23,523 nt of DNA from an uncultured delta proteobacterium (lineage in GTDB: Bacteria; Myxococcota_A; Polyangia; Haliangiales; Haliangiaceae), in the NCBI GenBank assembly GCA_963772655.1, contig CAVYYE010000003.1, positions 2,865,341 to 2,888,863 on the forward strand, given 5' to 3'. Position 1 is the first letter of the stretch. Each line of letters opens with the position of its first letter. The notes beneath the pieces were generated by a model. It did not search any database and was not told where the DNA came from. It saw nothing but the letters and a program-made list of their open reading frames with translations. A program made the position numbers and the translations under genes. Of the stretch, positions 17,217-23,523 are shown piece after piece.

Positions 17217-18148
17217 CCGCGACGGATCCTCGGATCGGCGAGCCCGTACGCCAGATCGACCAGCATGTTGACCACCACGTAGATCACCGCGATCACGAAC
17301 ACGGTGCCCTGCACCACGGGGTAGTTGCGCTCGGAGATCGCGTCGACCAGCGTGGTGCCGAGCCCCGGGCGCGAGAACACGTTCTCGATCACGACCGCGC
17401 CCGACAGCATCGAGCCGAACTGCAACCCGGCGATCGTGATCACCGGCAACAGCGCGTTGCGCAGCGCGTGGACGAACAGCACGCGGCGCTCGGGGACGCC
17501 CTTCGCGCGTGCGGTACGCACGAAGTCCTCGCCGAGCACGTCGACCATCGACGTCCGCGTCATCCGGGCCAGCATCGCCATCAGGTGGGTGCCGACGGCG
17601 ATCGCCGGCAAGATCAGCGCCGCCGGGCCGGTCTCCGTCGGGCCCGGCAGCCAGCCGAGCACGATGAAGAAGATCATGAGGAGCAGCGGCGCGAACATCA
17701 TCTGCGGGATCGCGATCCCGGCGAGCGAGGTCGTGGTCGCCAGCGTGTCGATCCAGGTGCCGCGCTTGATCGCCGCCAGGATCCCGAGCGGCAGCGCGAG
17801 CACGATCGCCACCAGCATCCCGGCGATCGCGAGCTCGAGCGTGTACGGGAACACCTCGCCGATCCGGGTCGCGACGTCGGGGCGGCCCTTCGCCTTCGGG
17901 CACTGGTGACCGAGCGAGCCGTCGACGATGTGGCCCATGAACGCCACGAACTGCGCGGGCAGCGGGCGATCGAGCCCCATGCACTCCTCGATCTTCTGGC
18001 GCTGCTCGGGGGTCGCCTCGCCGCCCGCCAGGTGATCGACCGGATCGCCCGGCACGATGTGCAGGAACGCGAACGTCAGGATCGAGACCCCGAGGATCGC
18101 GATCAACCCGGAGCCGAGCCGTCTGAGCAAGAAGCCCGCGATCGACAC
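17213..18148 (-). CDS. ABC transporter permease, DppB/OppB-like
   Basis: 311 aa with a GTG start at 18148. The N-terminus [36 protein letters not shown] is the canonical DppB/OppB start. The EAA-like loop appears as [26 protein letters not shown]. Confidence 0.85.
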   Translation of the reverse strand: MSIAGFLLRRLGSGLIAILGVSILTFAFLHIVPGDPVDHLAGGEATPEQRQKIEECMGLDRPLPAQFVAFMGHIVDGSLGHQCPKAKGRPDVATRIGEVFPYTLELAIAGMLVAIVLALPLGILAAIKRGTWIDTLATTTSLAGIAIPQMMFAPLLLMIFFIVLGWLPGPTETGPAALILPAIAVGTHLMAMLARMTRTSMVDVLGEDFVRTARAKGVPERRVLFVHALRNALLPVITIAGLQFGSMLSGAVVIENVFSRPGLGTTLVDAISERNYPVVQGTVFVIAVIYVVVNMLVDLAYGLADPRIRRG

Positions 18149-18193
18149 GACGGCGAGCCTACCAGGACGGGATCGCGACTTCGCGACCCGGAG

Positions 18194-18673
18194 CTACTTG
18201 AGCGCGACCGCGCAGAACCGAGGCAGCGCGTTGGCGTCGAACGGCGTGCCCGGCGCCAGCACCGGCTCGCCGCCGTGCGAGATCATGTCGCTGAGGTCGC
18301 GGCACTCGTAGCCGTCGCGGCAGTCGCCGTCGCCGTTGCACTTGCGCATGCAGAACCGGACCTCGCTCGAGCGCGGCACGCAGTTGCCGACCAGCGAGCA
18401 CAGCTCGTCGAGGCCGCAGTCGTCGGTCGACACGCCCTCGGTCGCCGGATCGCACGTCAGGTTCGAGAAGTTGCCGGTGAAGAACCGCACGCACACGGCC
18501 TCGCTCGGGCAGGTGTCGAAGTCGCAGCCCTGGATCGTGCAGTACCCGCCCTGGCTGCTCGAGTCGCACTGGCGCTCGCCGGTGGGGCTGCAATCGGAGC
18601 TGACGATGCACGCGTCGCCGATCTCCTTGCCGCATCCGGCGGCGACGAGCGCGACGAGTACCAAGTACCTCAT
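18194..18673 (-). CDS. small Cys-rich lipoprotein (17 Cys in about 160 aa), hypothetical
   Basis: MRYLVLVALVAAGC is a signal peptide plus lipobox VAAGC. An in-frame ATG also exists at 18685 (MPALM...). The many Cys fall in CxnC spacings suggesting a disulfide-rich extracellular domain. It is the first gene of the permease operon. Confidence 0.6.
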   Translation of the reverse strand: MRYLVLVALVAAGCGKEIGDACIVSSDCSPTGERQCDSSSQGGYCTIQGCDFDTCPSEAVCVRFFTGNFSNLTCDPATEGVSTDDCGLDELCSLVGNCVPRSSEVRFCMRKCNGDGDCRDGYECRDLSDMISHGGEPVLAPGTPFDANALPRFCAVALK

Positions 18674-18773
18674 GAGGGCCGGCATCCTAGCGGCCGTTTC
18701 GACCCCCGTAAAGCCGCGGTGGTTGCCTGAGCGAAGACCGAGATCTTCATCACTTGGGTGGTATCACCGCCCC

Positions 18774-19226
18774 ATGCGAGCCGTGGTCCAGCGAGTCACC
18801 CGCGCCGAGGTCCGTGTCGACGGCCAGCCGACCGGCACGATCGCCGGCGGGCTGCTCGTCCTGCTCGGGGCCGGGGCGGGCGACACCGCCGCCGACCTGG
18901 CGTACATCGTCGACAAGGTCACCAACCTGCGGATCTTCGCCGACGACGCCGGCAAGATGAACCGGAGCGTGCTCGACGTCGGCGGGGGCGTGCTCGTGGT
19001 GTCCCAGTTCACGCTCTACGGCGACGCTCGCCAGGGACGCCGGCCGTCGTTCATCGGGGCGCTCGAGCCGGCGGCCGCGAAGGCCCTGTACGAGCAATCC
19101 CTCGACGCGTTCCGTGCCGCCGGGGTCGCCCGCGTCGAGGCCGGGCAGTTCGCCGCCGACATGGCGGTCGAGCTGGTCAACGACGGCCCGGTGACGATCC
19201 TTCTAGATTCGCGCAAGCGGTTCTAG
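18774..19226 (+). CDS. dtd: D-aminoacyl-tRNA deacylase
   Basis: 150 aa. MRAVVQRVTRAEVRVDGQ...GLLVLLG...NLRIF.D..GKMN.SV.DVGG.VLVVSQFTL....GRRPSF...ELVNDGPVTILLDS has the Dtd hallmarks, including the SQFTL and NDGPVT motifs. Confidence 0.9.
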   Translation: MRAVVQRVTRAEVRVDGQPTGTIAGGLLVLLGAGAGDTAADLAYIVDKVTNLRIFADDAGKMNRSVLDVGGGVLVVSQFTLYGDARQGRRPSFIGALEPAAAKALYEQSLDAFRAAGVARVEAGQFAADMAVELVNDGPVTILLDSRKRF

Positions 19227-19278
19227 CTATAGGAGAACGAGAGCGTTAGGGTCCGCTGGCAGGTCAAGCCCACGTCAC

Positions 19279-20208
19279 ATGAAGGTCAGGTTCTGGGGAG
19301 TTCGCGGTTCCATCCCCGTACCCGGTCGGGCGACCAGCCGGTACGGTGGAAACACGTCGTGCGTCGAGGTGCGGCCCAAGGGCGCGTCGCCGATCATCAT
19401 CGATGCGGGCACCGGGCTCCGGCGGCTGGGCAAGTCGTTGACGCAGGAGGCGTTCGGCGAGGGTAAGGGCACCACGACGATCCTGATCAGCCACACGCAC
19501 TGGGATCACGTGCAGGGCCTGCCGTTCTTCTCGCCGCTGTACCGCGCCGGCAACGCCGTCCACATCTTCGCCCGCCAGCGCGACACCCACCTCGAGGCGG
19601 TGTTCAGCCAGCAGCACGAGCTGCCGTACTTCCCGGTGCCGCTGTCGGCGATGCGCGCGGACATGTACTTCCACGAGCTCATCGAGGGCGCGCGGTTCGA
19701 CGTCGGCAAGGCCACGGTCACCACCGCGCGGCTCAACCATCCGTGGATCGCGATGGCCTACCGGATCGATGTCGATCGCGCGTCGGTCGTGTACTGCGCC
19801 GACACCGCGCCGTTCACCGACATCCTGTTCGGGCGCGAGTTCATGACCACGCCGCCCCGGCTCGATCAGGATCTGCCGCCGGAGGTCGTCGACGAGCTCG
19901 CCAAGATGCGCGCCGCCGTGGTCGCGCTCGCGAAGAACGCCGACCTCCTGATCTACGACACCCAGTTCACGATCGACGAGTACCGGCTGCGCCCGCACTG
20001 GGGACACTCGCATCCCGACGACGCGATCCAGATCGCGCGCGATGCCGGCGCCAAGCGGCTGTGCCTGTTCCACCACGCGCCGACGCGGTCCGACGACGAC
20101 AACGACGCGATCCTCGCCAAGTACCGCGAGGTCGTGACCGCGCAGCACGACAAGTTCGAGCTGATGAGTGCCTACGAGGGACTCGAGATTCCCCTGGGGG
20201 ACGAATGA
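19279..20208 (+). CDS. MBL-fold metallo-hydrolase (copy 1)
   Basis: 309 aa. MKVRFWGVRGSIPVPG..YGGNTSCVEV at the N-terminus and the metal-binding motif HTHWDH. Intact. Confidence 0.8.
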   Translation: MKVRFWGVRGSIPVPGRATSRYGGNTSCVEVRPKGASPIIIDAGTGLRRLGKSLTQEAFGEGKGTTTILISHTHWDHVQGLPFFSPLYRAGNAVHIFARQRDTHLEAVFSQQHELPYFPVPLSAMRADMYFHELIEGARFDVGKATVTTARLNHPWIAMAYRIDVDRASVVYCADTAPFTDILFGREFMTTPPRLDQDLPPEVVDELAKMRAAVVALAKNADLLIYDTQFTIDEYRLRPHWGHSHPDDAIQIARDAGAKRLCLFHHAPTRSDDDNDAILAKYREVVTAQHDKFELMSAYEGLEIPLGDE

Positions 20209-20248
20209 CCAGACCAACGTGCGGGCAAATGCCGGCCGGAGGTCGGCG

Positions 20249-21113
20249 ATGAAGATCCGGTTCTGGGGAGTCCGCGGCTCGATCCCCGCGCCCGGACCCG
20301 ACACGATTCGCTACGGTGGCAACACCTCGTGCGTGTCGGTACACACCGCGAGCGGCGGGCTGGTGATCATCGACATGGGCACCGGGCTCATGCACCTCGG
20401 CAATGCCCTGATGGCCGGCGAGTTCGGCAAGGGTCAGGGCCGCGCGCTGTTCCTGCTGTCGCACACGCACTGGGATCACATCCAGGGGCTCGGCTTCTTC
20501 CCGCCGGTGTTCGTCGGCGGCAACCAGTTCACGGTGTGGGGGCCCGGCGACACGCCGGAGGTGCTCGAGCAGATCCTCGAGGGCCAGATGGATCCCAACT
20601 TCTCGCCGCTGCAGTCGCTCAAGAACTTCTCCGCCGGGTTCGACGTCCGCTCGCTGACCTGCGGCAAGCCGTGGGAGGCCGAGGGCGTGTCGATCATCGG
20701 GCAGGAGCACCCGCACGGCGGGACGATCGCGCTCGGGTTCCGGATCACCGAGGGCACCGGCGCCGCGGCGAAGACGTTCGTCTACGCCTCCGATGTCGGC
20801 TACCCGGAGACCGGGCCGTCCGACGAGGCGATCGCGTTCTACCGGGGCGCCGACGTGCTCCTCCACGACACCACGTATCGGCCCGCCGACCAGGCGACGC
20901 GGCGCAACCGCGGGTTCGCGTCGTACGAGGACGCCGCCGACGCCGCGGTCAAGGCGAAGGTCAAGCGCCTGGTGATGTTCCACTACGACCAGGACTACTC
21001 CGACGACGACGTCGACGAGATTCTGCGAGCTCACGCGCGCCGCGCTCGACACCCGCGGCGGCAAGGCCATCGGGCTCGTCCCGGCGCGCGAAGGCGACGA
21101 GCTCGAGGTCTAG
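20249..21113 (+). CDS. MBL-fold metallo-hydrolase (copy 2, tandem paralog) with an apparent frameshift about 30 codons from the 3' end
   Basis: MKIRFWGVRGSIPAPG..YGGNTSCVSV and HTHWDH are present. GGAGGT sits 5 nt upstream of ATG 20249. Coding signal is in frame 2 to about 21027 (...SDDDVDEIL), then continues in frame 0 (ELTRAALDTRGGKAIGLVPAREGDELEV*) to TAG 21111-21113. This parallels the copy-1 C-terminus. Frame 2 beyond 21030 is non-coding by codon usage. Confidence 0.6.
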
Positions 21114-21119
21114 CGCGTC

Positions 21120-21617
21120 GTGGCCTTCGACCTGATCGCCGAGCTCGAAGCGCTCGTCGATGCGTTCGAACGCGAGCACGTCGAGTACGCCGTGTGCGGG
21201 GGGCTGGCGCTCGCCATGCACGGGTACCCGCGAGCGACGATGGACATCGACGTCCTCGTGCCCGCCTCACAACTCGCCGAGGCGATGCGTATCGTTCGTT
21301 CCCTCGGATTCGACGTCCCCGCACGCAAGATGACGTTCGGCCTCCAGGCCGGTACGCCACGCGAGGTCCAACGGATCTCCAAGCTCGATCCGACGACGGG
21401 CGAGCTGCTCCCGGTGGACCTTTTGGTCGTCGCGCCAGATCTCGAGGAAGTCTGGAACACGCGGATGCCGACCCGAAGCGGCACGAGAAAACTCGTCATC
21501 GTCTCCCGCGAGGGCCTTGCTACGATGAAGAGGATCGCCGGACGACCCAAGGACCTCCTCGATCTCGCCCAGCTCGAACATGACGACACCAACGGCAACG
21601 ACTCCGGACCGGCGTGA
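21120..21617 (+). CDS. Pol-beta-superfamily nucleotidyltransferase-like protein (short AbiEii/MNT-like family)
   Basis: 165 aa with a GTG start at 21120 (first start after the MBL2 stop; no clear SD). The NTase motif appears as CGGLALAMHGYPRATMDIDVLV (hG[GS]..x9-13..DhDh). The C-terminal RIAGRPKDLLDLAQL is typical of this family. GC3 is noticeably lower than in flanking genes. Confidence 0.55.
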   Translation: MAFDLIAELEALVDAFEREHVEYAVCGGLALAMHGYPRATMDIDVLVPASQLAEAMRIVRSLGFDVPARKMTFGLQAGTPREVQRISKLDPTTGELLPVDLLVVAPDLEEVWNTRMPTRSGTRKLVIVSREGLATMKRIAGRPKDLLDLAQLEHDDTNGNDSGPA

Positions 21618-21630
21618 CGCGGCGATCGAC

Positions 21631-21747
21631 ATGTCTCCGGCGGCCGTCGCGGCGCGGCTCGAGCAGGTGCGTGCGCTTTACAAGCTCATGGTCTACCTGC
21701 GCCGGTTCCAGCCCGCCGAGGTAGCCGAGCGTGAACCTCGGACGTGA
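21631..21747 (+). CDS. small ORF 1 (38 aa), paralog of small ORF 2
   Basis: The ATG lies 13 bp after the NTase stop. The product is MSPAAVAARLEQVRALYKLMVYLRRFQPAEVAEREPRT. It shares the motif MS.AA.A.R.E..R.LYKLM.YLR with the next ORF. Confidence 0.35.
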   Translation: MSPAAVAARLEQVRALYKLMVYLRRFQPAEVAEREPRT

Positions 21748-21757
21748 ACAGGTGGAC

Positions 21758-21916
21758 ATGTCGCAGGCCGCCTTGGCCCGGCGGCACGAGGACATGCGTC
21801 AGCTCTACAAGCTGATGATGTACCTGCGGCACGCCCGCTACGTCGGCCCCGTCGAGCCCCGCGCCGTCGATCCGGACGCCGTCAGCGACCGCCGAACGCG
21901 CGGCTCTGGGCGTTGA
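21758..21916 (+). CDS. small ORF 2 (52 aa), paralog of small ORF 1
   Basis: The product is MSQAALARRHEDMRQLYKLMMYLRHARYVGPVEPRAVDPD.... The ATG lies 10 bp after the small ORF 1 stop (GTG 21731 is also in frame). 15 of the first 24 residues are identical to small ORF 1, with 6 synonymous codon differences. The 3' end overlaps the convergent gene by 35 bp. Confidence 0.35.
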   Translation: MSQAALARRHEDMRQLYKLMMYLRHARYVGPVEPRAVDPDAVSDRRTRGSGR

Positions 21917-22781
21917 GAAAGATGCCGCCCATCCAGCTGTCGTCGATCAGGCTCTTGCCGGCGACCACGCCGAGCTGGCCGAACGGCGAGAACCACCAGC
22001 CGCCGCGCACGCGGGCCTCGACCACGCCCGTCGCCCGGAGGATCGACGTCTGCTGCTCGCACGCGCCGTAGCTCGACGCGTAGTTGTACATCAGCGAGCG
22101 ACCACCGCCCGCGACCTCGGCGCCGAGGGCGAGATGGCCGGTACGACCGGCGAGGCCGAGCGCGACATCGCCGCCGACCAGCATCACGCTCGTCGGGCGG
22201 ATCGTCGGTGCGCCGCGTGCGCCGACGTCGAGCATCGTCGCGTGCGCGTCGTCGCCGACGCCGCCGATCTCGCCGTCGAACGCCAGATACAGCCCGCCCG
22301 GCAAGCCGATGCCGAGTCGCATCGCGAACGCCAGCGCGGTGTCGCGATTCGGTGCGCCGCCGCCGCTCGGCGGCTGGACCACGCGATACGAGAACGTCTC
22401 GTCGTTGTGGGTCACCAATCCGTTGGCCTCGCCGAGTGGGCTCGCGAACTCGCGCATCACCATCCCCATCTCGAGGATGACCTTCGGTAGCCGGAGGTTG
22501 GTCGCCCACTTGCCGTACGGCGTGCAGTGCCGGAACCCGACGATGTCCGTGTCGTCGACGCACGCCGGGGTCGAGCTGCTCGAGCTGCCCGAGTCGCTGT
22601 AGCTGCTCCCGCCGCCACCGGAGCTTCCGCCGGAGCTGCCGCCCGAGCTCCCTCCGCTCGAGCCGCCGCCGCCGCAACTGCCGCCTCCGCCACCACCACC
22701 ACCGCCACCGGCGAGGGCGACTCCGGGTCGCATCGCCACCAGGCTCGCGATCGCCAGGCCGAGCGTGATCGCGCGCTTCAT
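21882..22781 (-). CDS. secreted protein with a poly-Gly/Ser linker and a C-terminal domain of unknown function
   Basis: ATG at 22781 with GGAGGTG 6 nt upstream. It forms an ATGA overlap with the upstream lipoprotein. Signal peptide MKRAITLGLAIASLVAMRPGVALA, then G10-SC-(GGSS)n-S-rich, then about a 230-aa Gly/Ala-rich domain. ORF 21882..23330 in the track carries an N-terminal out-of-context Arg-rich extension. Confidence 0.6.
   Translation of the reverse strand: MKRAITLGLAIASLVAMRPGVALAGGGGGGGGGGSCGGGGSSGGSSGGSSGGSSGGGGSSYSDSGSSSSSTPACVDDTDIVGFRHCTPYGKWATNLRLPKVILEMGMVMREFASPLGEANGLVTHNDETFSYRVVQPPSGGGAPNRDTALAFAMRLGIGLPGGLYLAFDGEIGGVGDDAHATMLDVGARGAPTIRPTSVMLVGGDVALGLAGRTGHLALGAEVAGGGRSLMYNYASSYGACEQQTSILRATGVVEARVRGGWWFSPFGQLGVVAGKSLIDDSWMGGIFLNAQSRAFGGR
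22596..22725. repeat. low-complexity GGN/GCC-type coding repeat (poly-Gly/Ser linker)
   Basis: It is read directly from the sequence. It encodes AGGGGGGGGGGSCGGGGSSGGSSGGSSGGSSGGGGSS. Confidence 0.7.
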
Positions 22782-23335
22782 GGCGTCACCTCCGGAGCCT
22801 CGTCGTCGACGATCTGACTGCGGTTGGCGTCGGCGTCGGCGTCGGCGGCCGCCGTGCGCGCGGCCTCGGCTTCGAAGCCCGGTTCGTCCTCGCGGAGTGG
22901 AAGCCCCTTGCGAGCGAAGCACATCCATCGCGACGGGCCGGCGTCGTCGCCGAGTGTCGCCACGTCGACGCAGACCTGCACCATCGCCTCGTGCGCCGGA
23001 TAGCTCAGCGCCTCGGCGCCCGACAGCCGGCCGTCGAGGGGAAGCGGTCGGATCGTGCCGTCGGGATCGAACGGCCGGAGCGTGTGCTCGCGACCCTCGG
23101 CGTCGCGGCCGACCACGTCGAGGTGTGCGAGGTCGACCGTCTGCGGACCCTCGCAGCGATTCGCGAACTCGAACGACAGCACCGACCAGCCGTCGTGATC
23201 CGCGCGGCGGTCGACGGCGAGGTCGAGGCAGCCCACCGTCGTGCGCGTGCCGGGAAAGTAGTTGAGACCGTGGTGAAACGAGCCCGGCGAGTACGAGCAT
23301 CCCGCCACGGTGATCGCGATCGCGCCCCATCGCAT
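22778..23335 (-). CDS. hypothetical lipoprotein
   Basis: ATG at 23335. MRWGAIAITVAGCSYSPGS is a signal peptide plus lipobox VAGC. 185 aa. The track ORF 22778..23407 adds 24 aa lacking signal-peptide character. Confidence 0.6.
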   Translation of the reverse strand: MRWGAIAITVAGCSYSPGSFHHGLNYFPGTRTTVGCLDLAVDRRADHDGWSVLSFEFANRCEGPQTVDLAHLDVVGRDAEGREHTLRPFDPDGTIRPLPLDGRLSGAEALSYPAHEAMVQVCVDVATLGDDAGPSRWMCFARKGLPLREDEPGFEAEAARTAAADADADANRSQIVDDEAPEVTP

Positions 23336-23523
23336 GCCCGCGATCACACCTCCCGCATGCTGAGTGCGTCTTGCGCGTACGTTGCGAACCTTGAACGGCG
23401 TAGCCACCCCGCGTCTACCAGCAAGACCGGCGCCGCCCCGATTCGCCGCGTTCGTCGTCGAGATTTGCCGGTCTTACCGGTGCGTGCCGTGGCCCGTGCG
23501 CCACAGTGTGGCCGAACCACCCT

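Noticed and set aside
16335-18730. ORFs 16335..17282(+) and 17069..18730(+) antisense to the ABC permeases
   Set aside because: Asp/Arg/His-rich and non-protein-like. The permease frames are unambiguous.
19264-21070. ORFs 19264..20304(-) and 19967..21070(-) antisense to the MBL genes
   Set aside because: Antisense artefacts of high-GC genes, with no domain features.
1-23523. CRISPR arrays, rRNA, IS/transposase or integrase genes
   Set aside because: No regularly spaced direct repeats, no rRNA-like conserved blocks, and no DDE or tyrosine-recombinase-like ORFs. The only mobile-like feature is the single palindromic element at 4063-4159.
23336-23523. Possible gene at the right window edge, and inverted repeat aagaccggc/gccggtctt at about 23428-23480
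   Set aside because: No frame with convincing coding signal. The 9-bp inverted repeat with an about 40-bp spacer is short and could be chance. It is probably a promoter or 5'-UTR region for the lipoprotein operon.

Overview
This is a high-GC (about 70%) bacterial chromosomal window. Gene content points to Myxococcota: many predicted lipoproteins, a MYXO-CTERM-like sorting motif, an MshEN-domain protein and a DUF2341/LamG surface protein. I could support about 24 protein-coding genes and found no rRNA, tRNA, CRISPR array or obvious transposase.

Clear housekeeping or transport genes:
- queC (GTG start)
- dtd (D-aminoacyl-tRNA deacylase)
- a POT/PTR2 peptide transporter
- a lipoprotein M16 (HxxEH) zinc peptidase
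- an ABC permease pair (DppB/DppC-like) translationally coupled to a small Rieske [2Fe-2S] protein
- two tandem paralogous MBL-fold hydrolases

The accessory-looking content is a block of secreted or lipoprotein enzymes at about 8.7-15.9 kb:
- an Amidase_2 peptidoglycan amidase
- a GH-like TIM-barrel protein carrying an internal MYXO-CTERM-like segment
- a DUF1906/GH25-like lipoprotein
- a DUF2341+LamG protein
- a TIG/beta-propeller lipoprotein

Between the second MBL gene and a convergent lipoprotein operon sits a lower-GC insert at 21120-21916. It carries a Pol-beta-type nucleotidyltransferase followed by two tandem, diverged paralogous small ORFs (38 and 52 aa). Their differences are mostly synonymous, which suggests they are really translated. 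This is my best candidate for an undescribed module.

Other notable points:
- A polytopic membrane-protein gene (2453-4066) is disrupted by at least three +1 frame changes. The second MBL gene has one near its 3' end, so pseudogenisation or indel errors need checking against reads.
- A roughly 97-bp imperfect inverted repeat with AT-rich arms of about 30 bp exactly spans the two stop codons of a convergent gene pair.

All functional calls come from motif and domain recognition by eye. No database searches were run.
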